Positions 28,234-59,777 of a stretch of DNA of 64,000 bases are shown here, in pieces; position 1 is the first letter of the stretch; each line of letters starts with the position of its first letter. Source of the DNA: Phyllobates terribilis. Taxonomy: Eukaryota. The translations under genes were made by a program, and so were the position numbers. The stretch lies in NCBI RefSeq assembly GCF_046119375.1, contig NW_027362770.1:184512001-184576000 (forward strand). The letters are read 5' to 3'. The notes below the pieces were generated by a model. It was not told where the DNA came from and ran no database searches. It worked only from the letters and a program-made list of their open reading frames with translations.

Positions 28234-28244
28234 CTCGATCACTC

Positions 28245-31200
28245 ATGATGGCGGCACCCACCCCGTTGACTCTGGCGTCCATTAATGTCACTAGTATAAA
28301 GTCTGATGCGGCTACATTTGCGGCCTTTGATTTTCTCACCCGATTTGAGGCTGAAATTTTGTTTTTGCAAGAGACCAGACTTACGGATATGGGGGCCATA
28401 CACAAGGCGGAGAGTGAGTGAAGGTGAGGGTCCTCGTACTGGTCTCTTGCGGCTGAGCCGTGTAGCGGTGTGGCAGTCCTTTTTAAGACTGCAACGGTTG
28501 AATGCCGGAGAGTTATCGAGGTAGAAATGGGGAGGTGCCTGGTCTTAGACAACTTCATGAGGAGACAAGAGCTTCGGCTCATTAACATCTATGGTCCACA
28601 GTAAAAGTGGGACCGTAAATGTCTCTTCCTGAAGAGTAAGCCCTATCTTTCTATGAGCCGGCAGGTGGTCTTTGCAGGTGATTTTAATACTGTCACAAGG
28701 CTTCGTGATAGGGGAGGCTCCATTGACCGGCTGGCTTATGATAGTAATACTCTTAATAGCATAGCTAGTGACGCTCGCCTGGTGGATGTCCACATCCGGC
28801 ATACCCCATGTCACTGTGGTTTCACATTTCATAGAGGTAGCTGCAGGTCTAGGATAGACAGGTTTTTTTTGAAGAAGGAAGCCATCTCTTCAGCAGTGTC
28901 CGTTGTTGAGGTGGAGTTCTCCGATCACTGTCTGATTTCTTTTTCTCTGAATGTTGAAAAAACTCCTAGGATGGGAAAAGGACTATGGAACCTGAATGCG
29001 TCCCTCTTGGAGGAAGCGGAGATAAGACAATCCTTTGAGCACTTTCTTCAGAGCCAGGTACCGCTTTTGGATCTCTGTAGCGATAAGTCAGAGTGGTGGG
29101 AGATGTTCAAGGAACGGGTTGCGAGTTTCTTCCACCAGCTCTCTAGAGCCTCAGGAGCCTGAGCAGGTATCGCCTGTATCAGGAACTGAGGAGGGAACTT
29201 GAACATCTCGTCTCGACTGGAGATGACCGTGAGGAGATCTCCAGAGTGAAGTCTTTACTCAAGAGGTGTCAGTACGATAGGCACACATCTTTGGCTTTTG
29301 AGAGGGATTTCGGGAGGTACCGCTCGCCCAACCCCTATAGAAACTGTAAGATGTCAGTGAGTTGTAAGGTGGTGACAGGTTTGGTCGACCGTACGGGTTC
29401 CCTGAACAGATCCAAATCAGGGATCCTGGATGTGATCAAATCTTTCTACTCACACCTCTTGGGGAAGAAGGATCTGGATCGGTACGTGATGTCGGCTTTC
29501 CTGACCGAAGCCATCCCTGAGCCAGGGGATGACCCCTCACTTCACGTTTTGACAGAGGCAATCAGGGAAGAGGAAGTGCGACTGGCCATTGATGGGCTTC
29601 GGCCTAAGAAATCGCCAGGTCCGGATGGCTTAACATCCAAATTTTATAAGACCTCTAGGGACTCCTTGGTCCCCCTCTTGACTGAGGTGTTTAACAAGTG
29701 TCTCTCCTCGGGTGCTCTTTCCCGGTCAATGAGGCAGCCGGCCCTGATTATCCTGTCAAAGGGTAAGGACTTGTCCCATATCATTTCTCAATACGGACCG
29801 GAAGATTCTTGCAAAGGTGCTGTTTAATCGGCTGGTGAAGTTTGCACCCCGGCTCCTTTCGGGGGCTCAGCATTGCTCTGTTCCAGGCGGCAGCACTTTT
29901 AGTGCAGTACTCGGTGTCTGAGAGGCAGTGGAGCAGGGTAGGGCAGGCCACTGGAAGGGGTAGTTGCTGTCTTTAGACCAGGCGAAGGCTTTTAATCGGG
30001 TTAACCATGATTACCTCTGGTCTGTCCTTCTGAAGTACGGTCTGCCTGGGGAGTTTGTAAATTGGCTAAAGATCTTGTATTCGGGAGGCAGAGACTTTCC
30101 CTCTCGTGAATGGTTGGTCTGGCCGCCCTTTTGAGGTTGGGTCTGGGGTCCGCCAGGGCTGTCCGTTGAGCCCACTGTTATACGTGTTCGCGATAGATCC
30201 CCTTTTAAGGAGGATTGAGCGCGGGCTGTTGGCTGGAGTCAGGATGGACCAGGCGGCCCCAGAAGCCACCCTGAGGGTGGTAGCGTATGCCGATGACGTC
30301 TTCCTTTTCGTGTCCTCGGGTGAAGAGGCGGAGTGGGTCATGTCCGAGGGTGGTCGCTACTCGGAGGCTTCTGGGTCCAGGATTAATCAGGAAAAGTGTG
30401 AGTCTCTAGCTGGGAGGGGGATACCCTAGCTTTGGTCTCCCGGACACTCTTCCAGAGCCCCAGGCATGGGCAAAAATTCTAGGCAACGAATTTGGCCGGG
30501 GGAACTACCCCCAGCAAAATTGGGAGGGCAGACTTAAGATCGCCGCCCAGAAAGTGGACTAATGGAAGGTTTGGTCTTTGACCCTGAGGGAAAGGGTTAG
30601 CCTGGTTATGGGTTTTTTGCTACCCTTGTTAATATACCTGGGCAGTGTCTGCATGCTGCCAGAGCCGCTCTGGACACGGGTCTACAGCCTGTTTTTCCAG
30701 ATGTTATGGGGAAATAGGCTGAACCTAGTCAAACGAGAGGTCACATATCGCACAAGGAGACTAGGAGGGTTGGGTATGGTCAACCCAGTGGTGTTTCTAG
30801 TAAACACTTTTGTCAAGACTAACATCGCCAACCTCTGGTCAGAGAGGGCTCCTCCGTGGGTATTCTCCTGCAGGGGATGGCTTCCGCCTTTCTTCCAGGA
30901 ATGGGAGACAGGAGGGCAAGTGAAGGACCTACGCACACCGCATGGACATCTCCCGGCTTACGCTACCCCGGTTCGGAAGGTAATCCGCCGGTGGGGTCTT
31001 GGAATGTGGGAGATCAGGACCATGTCGAGGAAATTCCTTGACAGGAGAGTCCTGTTGACCCATTTCCAGAAGCCTCTGGTGCTCAAAGATTGTCCAGGTC
31101 GGGATCTGGAGGGCGGGCTGAGGTTATTGAATTCTACACGGGTCCCCTTGAAGTTTTGGGACTTGGCTTGGCGCTGTTTCCATGGAAAACTGTATATAAG

Positions 31201-31627
31201 GGACAACCTGAAGTGTAGTATCTCTGAAGACCGGGGTTGTCCCCATGAGGAGTGCTGCGACACACTGGAAAGTATGGAGCACTTCCTCCTTCAGGGTCCT
31301 TTTAATACAGGGGTCTACAACGGGGTAGGTGGTTCCATAGGCTGGCCTCGGCTGGCACACCTTTCCTATGCGGAGTGGGCGTATGGGGCATTCAGATTCC
31401 TGGGTGGCCGAGATCGGGGCACTTTATTTCTATTCAGTTTACTCATCAGGTTTAACACTTGGAAAGCACGGTGCTTAGTGTCAACTCAGCAGAAAATCCT
31501 CCCCGGGGACGAGGTTGTTAGGAACATTCTGGGTGGCCTGGTGAAGGTGCGCTCTCTGGAGTATGACAGGCTGGGTGCAGCGAGGGCCTCTCTTCTCTGG
31601 AGAGGGTTCTCATTTAATGTACCCTAG
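28245..31627 (+). pseudogene. Tx1 ORF2 (AP endonuclease, reverse transcriptase, C-terminal zinc finger), several stops and frameshifts
   Basis: LASINV, LFLQET, GDFN, SRIDRFF, FSDH; KSPGPDGL, GVRQGCPLSPLLY, YADD; HGKLY...CPHEEC...ESMEHF. Confidence 0.9.
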
Positions 31628-32214
31628 GGCCTAGATAAGCAGGTAAGTGGTAGGGACAGGTAGATAGGTAGGGACAGGACAGGGACAGCCGAGGGACAGT
31701 TAGGTAGGCACGCGGTGAGTTAGGTAGGGGAGTAGGATCAGGCAGGGAGAGACAGCAAGGTAGGTAGATAAATAGGGGCAGATGTCTAGACAGGTAGGGA
31801 CGGCTGGTAGAGTAAGGATTGTTAGGATAGACGCCGGTCATCTCCGGTCTCCTGGTGGCGGGCTGGGGGCTTTTTGTTTTGCAGAAGTGAAATACTGATA
31901 TATGGCTTACCGGCACCAATCCTGGCTCTGGGTAAGTGGTGTAATATAGAGTTATGTAACGTTATATTGTAAGGTGATGATCCTGTGGCTTATTGGGTTA
32001 ATGCACCTGTCTTGTAGGCAGGAGGTCATGAGTTCCTTGGTGAGATTATTTTTGTATTGTGTGGGTTTTTTTAGTGGTTGGGGGGGGTTGCTTTGATTGA
32101 GGGGGTAATGCTGGACTCGGACTTTTGCTTTGACTGGGGGAAGGGTAATGCTGGACTTTTGCTGGGGTTTGGATTCTGCTATTTATTGATTGTACGTTTT
32201 GTATTTTTATAATA

Positions 32215-34405
32215 GAGCTCACTGCATCCAGATTTATACAGCCACCACTAGAGGGAGCTCAGTACATACAGATTTATACAGCCACCACTAGAGGGAGCTC
32301 AGTACATACAGATTTATACAGCCAGCACTAGAGGGAGCTCACTACATACAGATTTATACAGCCACCACTAGAGGGAGCTCAGTACATACAGATTTATACA
32401 ATCACCACTAGAGGGAGCTCACTACATACAGATTTATACAGCCACCACTAGAGGGAGCTCAGTACATACAGATTTATACAGCCAGCACTAGAGGGAGCTC
32501 ACTACATACAGATTTATACAGCCACCACTAGAGGGAGCTCAGTACATACAGATTTATACAGCCAGCACTAGAGGGAGCTCACTGCATACAGATTTATACA
32601 GCCACCACTAGGGGGAGCTCACTGCATACAGATTTATACAGCCACCACTAGAGGGAGCTCACTGCATACAGATTTATACAGCCACCACTAGAGGGAGCTC
32701 ACTGCATACAGATTTATACAGCCACCACTAGAGGGAGCTCACTGCATACAGATTTATACAGCCACCACTAGAGGGAGCTCACTGCATACAGATTTATATA
32801 CAGCCATCACTAGGAGGAGCTCACTACATACAGATTTATATACAGCCATCACTAGGAGGAGCTCACTACATACAGATTTATACAGCCACCACTAGAGGGA
32901 GCTCACTACATACAGATTTATACAGCCACCACTAGGGGGAGCTCACTGCCTACAGATTTATACAGCCAGCACTAGGGGGAGCTCACTGCCTACAGATTTA
33001 TACAGCCAGCACTAGGGGGAGCTCACTGCCTACAGATTTATACAGCCACCACTAGAGGGAGCTCACTGCCTACAGATTTATACAGCCACCACTAGAGGGA
33101 GCTCACTGCCTACAGATTTATACAGCCACCACTAGAGGGAGCTCACTGCCTACAGATTTATACAGCCACCACTAGAGGGAGCTCACTGCCTACAGATTTA
33201 TACAGCCACCACTAGAGGGAGCTCACTGCCTACAGATTTATACAGCCACCACTAGAGGGAGCTCACTGCCTACAGATTTATACAGCCACCACTAGAGGGA
33301 GCTCACTGCCTACAGATTTATACAGCCACCACTAGAGGGAGCTCACTGCCTACAGATTTATACAGCCACCACTAGAGGGAGCTCACTGCCTACAGATTTA
33401 TACAGCCACCACTAGAGGGAGCTCACTGCCTACAGATTTATACAGCCACCACTAGAGGGAGCTCACTGCCTACAGATTTATACAGCCACCACTAGAGGGA
33501 GCTCACTACATACAGATTTATACAGCCCCCACTAGAGGGAGCTCAGTACATACAGATTTCTACAGCCCCCACTAGAGGGAGCTCACTACATACAGATTTA
33601 TACAGCCACCACTAGAGGGAGCTCACTACATACAGATTTATACAGCCACTACTAGAGGGAGCTCACTACATACAGATTTATACAACCACCACTAGGAGGA
33701 GCTCACTACATACAGATTTATACAGCCACCACTAGAGGGAGCTCACTACATACAGATTTATATACAGCCACCACTAGAGGGAGCTCACTGCATACAGATT
33801 TATACAGCCACCACTAGAGGGAGCTCACTACATACAGATTTATACAGCCACCACTAGAGGGAGCTCACTACATACAGATTTATACAGCCACCACTAGAGG
33901 GAGCTCACTACATACAGATTTATACAGCCACCACTAGAGGGAGCTCACTACATACAGATTTATACAGCCACCACTAGAGGGAGCTCACTACATACAGATT
34001 TATACAGCCACCACTAGAGGGAGCTCACTACATACAGATTTCTACAGCCACCACTAGAGGGAGCTCACTACATACAGATTTCTACAGCCACCACTAGAGG
34101 GAGCTCACTACATACAGATTTATACAGCCACTACTAGAGGGAGCTCAGTACATACAGATTTATACAGTCACCAGTAGGGGGAGCTCACTACATATAGATT
34201 TATACAGCCACCACTAGAGGGAGCTCACTACATACAGATTTATATACAGCCATCACTAGGAGGAGCTCACTACATACAGATTTATACAGCCCCCACTAGA
34301 GGGAGCTCACTACATATAGATTTATACAGCCACCACTAGAGGGACCTCACTACATACAGATTTATACAACCACCACTAGGAGGAGCTCACTACATACAGA
34401 TTTAT
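32215..34405 (+). repeat. 40-bp satellite, right block (~55 units), same orientation as the left block
   Basis: Resumes at GAGCTC directly after the retrotransposon 3' end. Confidence 0.97.
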
Positions 34406-34528
34406 AGTCATTACATTTTCTCTCCTGCCAGAATCTCTGCACCATGTTCAGTGCTTGTGTGCAGGGTGGACATAGTATATATTACATAGATTCATACAGT
34501 TCTCATTTACTTCTATCATAAATATAAA

Positions 34529-35296
34529 TGTAGTGAGCTCCACCTAGTGGTGGCAGTATAAATCTGTATGTAGTGAGCTCCCTCTAGTGGTGGCAGTATA
34601 AATCTGTATGTACTGAGCTCCCTCTAGTGGTGACTGTATAAATCTGTATGTAGTGAGCTCCCTCTAGTGGTGGCAGTATAAATCTGTATGTAGTGAGCTC
34701 CCTCTAGTGGTGGCTGTATTAATCTGTATGTAGTGAGCTCCCTCTAGTAGTGACTGTATAAATCTGTATGTAGTGAGCTCCCTCTAGTGGTGGTTGTATA
34801 AATCTGTATGTAGTGAGCTCCCTCTAGTGATGTGTATAAATCTGTATGTAGTGAGCTCCTTCTAGTGGTGGCTGTATAAATCTGTATGCAGTGAGCTCCC
34901 TCTACTGGTGGCTGTACAAATCTGTATGTAGTGAGCTCCCTCTAGTGATGTGTATAAATCTGTATGTAGTGAGCTCCCCCTAGTGGTGACTGTATAAATC
35001 TGTATGCAGTGAGCTCCCTCTACTGGTGGCTGTACAAATCTGTATGTAGTGAGCTCCCCCTAGTGGTGGCTGTATAAATCTGTATGCAGTGAGCTCCCCC
35101 TAGTGGTGGCTGTATAAATCTGTATGCAGTGAGCTCCCCCTAGTGGTGGCTGTATAAATCTGTATGAAGTGAGCTCCCCCTAGTGGTGGCTGTATAAATC
35201 TGTATGTAGTGAGCTCCCTCTAATGGTGGCTGTATAAATCTGTATGTAGTGAGCTCCCTCTAGTGGTGGCTGTATAAATCTGGATGTACTGAGCTC
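34529..35296 (-). repeat. 40-bp satellite, inverted block (~19 units)
   Basis: Reverse-complement units GTGAGCTCCCTCTAGTGGTGGCTGTATAAATCTGTATGTA. Confidence 0.96.
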
Positions 35297-37239
35297 GTCA
35301 TAGTCATGGGTGCAGGGAGACTTCTCATATAATTCTACAACTATTTTAGGCTACTCTTGCTCTGTATGAAAGGAGCCAATAACTAACCCCAATATAATAC
35401 AATCCGCACAGAATTCAATCTGTTTTCCTACAGATATAGAACTATATTCCTGGTGATCCTACAGGCAGCACACACGGGGTTAAAGATTAGCTTCGACACT
35501 ATTGGACATAAGATAATTTAGCAATAACATATCTGATATCGCTGCGTCCAGAAAAGTCTGATCTTCCAAAATATAAACGTAATTAACCTGCAAGTCGTCG
35601 TTCCTACATAGGAATGAACAGATCGTTTTTTTTGAGGGTTTTCCTTTTAATGGTGCTTTTTGTACACAAAAAAAATAGTAGATAGTCGCAGTGTGAACAC
35701 GCCCCAAGACTAAGCGCTAAATGGAGGGTTTTTTTTATGTGACTCAGTGCAGATCAGAAAGCGTCGCGTCCTCCGATAACTTTTCACCGGATCCTGAGGA
35801 CTGTTATTTATTTATCGAGGACAGGTCGTCTGAGTTGCAGAAAGCAGTGGAGCAGACCGGCGAGACATCATAGCGACAGGTCACACAAGCGGTCTGTTCT
35901 ACTGCCCCACACGTCCTGTCCTGAGCGAGGCGTGTGGGGCACCGTTGGCTTAGACCCAATACAGTGGATGCAGGCACGAGACTGAAAGTGATTCACAGGC
36001 TCGACCTCGAAGAAACAGACAAGTGGGATCCGGTCACCCAGGAAAAAGTGACCGGATGTAGAACTTGTTTTATTTCCGCTTTCACCAAAAATATTCCGGT
36101 TTTAATTTTTTTTAAACCCGCCATATGATTCCAGAGATATGGGCCTTCTTCAATTAAGTGCTACCTTTCATGGTCTGTGGGGGTGCGGCTCACATGGTAA
36201 TTATGCAGAACAGCCAAAAGTCCGGCCCCCCGAGGAGCCTTGTGAGCACGGACCCCTCGGAAATAATCATAAAAATCAGCACCAAAATGAAAAAAGGGTC
36301 CGCACTGCTGGAACCATATGGAGGATAAAGGAAGAGGGGATTCAGGGGGGCAGCGGGAAGAAATGAAAAGCCAAGAATGGACACTTTATACACAATTCCC
36401 CAATTGTTTTTCGTCTTTTCTTTTGATGTTCATTCGGCAGTAACAATGGCCGGGAAATCTCTCTCTCCAGGTCAGTACAATTACTAAACCGGATGTTTTT
36501 ATTGATATTATTTCGGGGTCGATACGACGCTTTGATCACTAGTTTTTGTATTATTTTGTGGAGTTGCAGCAATGTAATTCAGGCATTCATTTTTTTTTCT
36601 CTGTTGCAGTTTTTAGAGATCGGGGTTAATTCATTTTATAGATTGGACTTTTCTGAACACATTGATACAAATATTTGGTATTTTATTATTTTTTCTTACT
36701 TTTTTTTTTATTTATTGTGAACTGGGAAAAAGGGGGGAAGGGAGGATGATTTGAATTTTTAAATATTTTTTTAGATTTTTAAAAACTTTTTCCTTTACCT
36801 TTTATCTGTTCATTCCCTTAGGGGACTTGAACCGGCTTGTGCTTTATACAGGAATACCACGGTATTGCTGTATGTAGGATAAATCAGTGTCTTTTATGAC
36901 ACGTGGCCACAGGTTTGTCGTAACAGAGATCATACAACAGGTAAGGGAGCGTTCATCCAGCCCCTGGGTGCAATACCAACCCATCAGCTCCCTGCGATCG
37001 CTCTGCCGGGAAGCCCATGGACGGATCACGGCACTTACATACCGCTGTCAGCGATTGGTTTAACGGTGATTAAAGACAGAGACTTTCCTTCACATAAGCA
37101 GCGCAGGTTTACATCAAACTTGAAAGTCAGATTCTTGACCATCGTCTTTAATCAAAAGGAGGATATTGGCTAGAATTAATTTCAATTCTTCAAGAAAAAT
37201 TATTTCTGAATGTTCACAACCACAGCTTATCTCCAATGG

Positions 37240-37460
37240 TCCAAGACTTTACCCTAAAAAGGGTCTCTATACTCAATCCTTCTGAATCAGAGGGATACAG
37301 GGGGTGATCGTGTATTTCTAGGCTTGTGGTGGACCCATCCTATGACCCACTCAGAAGAGTCAAGATGGAGTCGATCAACTCAGTAATTACCTTTCTCAAA
37401 GAACAAGCGTTCGTGGCTACGACAGAGTTGAAGGATCCATATTCCCATTCTCAAGTAGTC
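37240..37460 (+). mobile_element. Degraded DIRS-like reverse transcriptase fragment
   Basis: RRVKMESINSVITFLKEQAFVATTELKDPYSH resembles the recalled DIRS RT motif FKMES.RSVI...DLKDAY.H. Confidence 0.4.
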
Positions 37461-37980
37461 AAAAATTCTTAATGATAGCGGTGAATCACAACTCCTCCCT
37501 CGCGGTTTGGTTGAATGGATGCACCAAGATCTCTCGTGGTGGCCGAGCTGAAAGTTGATTTTTGGGGCCAGAGTCTAGAATCCTCGGCTCTGAAGATCCT
37601 CACATCGGACAGATGCGGGGCTGGGGGGCCCTCGTAGACATTTCGGTTAAGCTCTTCAAACTCGACATTGCGAGAGGCACGTCCATGACCAGGTCCTTCC
37701 CCGACTGTCTTCTTCAGGAGTAGACTCGCCGCCCACACCCCGCTCACCTTCTTCCTGCAGTTTACCGGAGAGGACGAATCTGCTATCTGCAGGTGATTTC
37801 GACCGTTCTGCTCTTATTTTATTCCCGCTGCTCCTCCCGATTATTCCACGCTAATCTTTAGGAGTTGGGTGCGAATGGCAATGGATTGACTGCAGCGTTT
37901 GTTACAGGAAGATGTCGGCTGTGTAACGCTGCTCCCGATCACGACTCCATATATATCAGCAACTGATGCACAGCCGGATG

Positions 37981-37986
37981 TTTATT
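37981..37986 (-). terminator. Candidate KDM5A polyadenylation signal (AATAAA); a second one lies at 37818-37823
   Basis: TTTATT on + ~650 nt past the KDM5A stop; positional inference only. Confidence 0.3.
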
Positions 37987-38628
37987 GCTGCAGATTCAGT
38001 GTCCCTATGACAACACTTCCTGCCCTGTCCACTGCTGTTGATCCAGATACTTCCGATACTGCTGGGTTTTCATATCGGGGATATTTTTGGTACAGAGACT
38101 CCGGACAAATCGAAAGGAGAGAAAACTATTTATACAACAGTCAGTAGTCACAGAAAGAAGAAAGGGGTATCCCCAGGATTTACTAAAAAACAAAGTCCCA
38201 CACAGACGATCCATGTCCTGCGTTCACCACGCGGCCTCCCATCACCCGCAGTCCAGACACCGGCGCCAATACTTGTGCAAAGCGGGTAAGGATGTATTGG
38301 ACCCATCACAAAAGGGATCCTCCTACTGTAAGAAAAGGAAGGGTGTCCACCGGCCGCCCTCGCTCCGGCCACACGTGGCATCCTGAGTCGGGGGCTTCCA
38401 TTATAAAAAGTCACTTCTGGGAAATCCGCGAGTCTGTCGGGGTCAGGAATCTTGCAGGATAATACACTTCACTATGGAGCGGTTTTTTTGCAATGACAGC
38501 CCCCCCACCCCACCTTGCCCGCCGCTATCTAAGAGAAAGCTCTGCCCAAAGCAGGTGGCAGAGGGTGGTAAGAGGAGAAAGATAACCAGTTTATGGGGGA
38601 AAACCAAAAAAATAAACCGTCTATGATG

Positions 38629-58705
<20,077 letters not shown>

Positions 58706-59081
58706 GCCAAGGGGCCGCGGGGTCACACAGACGCTCGGGGGGGGGGGCGCTGAAAGCTGCCGGGTCTGAGCCCTGGGATTAACCCCTCATCGCCGGGCAG
58801 GAGAAACCTGGGGGGGGGGGGGGGGTCTCACCAACAATAATCTGTGACACCCAACGTCAATGTCGCCCCCACATTAACCTCCTGCCACCCGGAAACAACA
58901 AGCTGCTAATCTGACAACCATGAATAGCAGCGACAGCTAGAACACCCAGGTCCCCCACAGTCTGCGCTGACAGCCAGGTTACATCTAGTGAGACCCCTGA
59001 ATACAACAAAGCATCAACCCCGACAACCAGGAGACCAATAACACCGACAACCAGACAGAAAAAGGTCACTAATGCTCCATC

Positions 59082-59360
59082 CCGACAACCAGCAGAGATC
59101 TCACCAGGGACCCCCAACAACCTGCAGAGATCTCACAAGAGACCCCCGACAACCAGCAGAGATCTCACAAGAGACCCCCGACAACCAGCAGAGATCTCAC
59201 AAGAGACCCCCGACAACCAGCAGAGATCTCACAAGAGACCCCCGACAACCAGCAGAGATCTCACAAGAGACCCCCGGACTCCTGACAACCTGCAGAGATC
59301 TCACAAGAGACCCCCGACTCCTGACAACCAGCAGAGATCTCACAAGAGACCCCCGACAAC
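59082..59360. repeat. 32-bp minisatellite (~8 units) upstream of the KDM5A ATG
   Basis: CGACAACCAGCAGAGATCTCACAAGAGACCCC. Confidence 0.92.
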
Positions 59361-59379
59361 CAGGGGGAAAATGACTGAA

Positions 59380-59770
59380 TAACAGGTGACAGGCAGGCCT
59401 CTCCAGGCTCCTGGGGCCCCTCCTGCTCCGGTGCCGCCGTGCGGATCCCCCGGGCCCGGTCCAGTCCGTCCTCGCCTCCCCGGAGCTCCGGGAGTGATGG
59501 CGGCGGTCACAGCAGCCTCCGCAGCCCCCGGCCCGGTCACTACGTCTCCGGCTGCAAACACCGGTTTGTTTTGCTCTCAGTCCTAGGCCGGAAGTTCGGG
59601 GTCACCGGAAACCGGAACTGTCCGCCTCCGCCAGCCGGGGGCAGGTAGTGCGCGGCTGCTGTGATGGCGGCTGAGCCCGGAGATGAGATTCCTGCAGAAT
59701 TCAGAAGGCACCGGAGACGGTTTTCACATGGCGATAATGATGCTTCACCGGACGGAGGGATCTGCTGTGT
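59380..59770. promoter_or_regulatory. CpG island, probable KDM5A promoter
   Basis: Very high GC/CpG; ETS-type CCGGAAGT at 59588 and tandem CCGGAA at ~59605-59617; ~700 nt upstream of the KDM5A ATG. Confidence 0.5.
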
Positions 59771-59777
59771 AGACGGT

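Larger units (their letters stand above)
23811..32214 (+). mobile_element. Tx1-clade (L1 group) non-LTR retrotransposon, near full length, decayed
   Basis: ORF1 with three CX2CX4HX4C knuckles; ORF2 with APE, RT and zf-RVT motifs; purine-repeat 3' UTR ending TTTTATAATA; both ends join the 40-bp satellite (CCACTAGGAG | GAGCTC). Confidence 0.9.

Noticed and set aside
9802-35296. 41-bp and 40-bp arrays as CRISPR arrays
   Set aside because: Units are contiguous with no unique spacers, there are no cas genes, and the context is a spliced vertebrate locus.
17560-35340. Whole 40-bp satellite block as one DNA transposon with TIRs
   Set aside because: The outer flanks share only a short AAGTCTCC at unequal spacing; no convincing TIR or TSD.
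1-38600. SLC6A12/SLC6A13 exons expected from mammalian synteny
   Set aside because: No transporter-like peptide was recognisable in any unique island.
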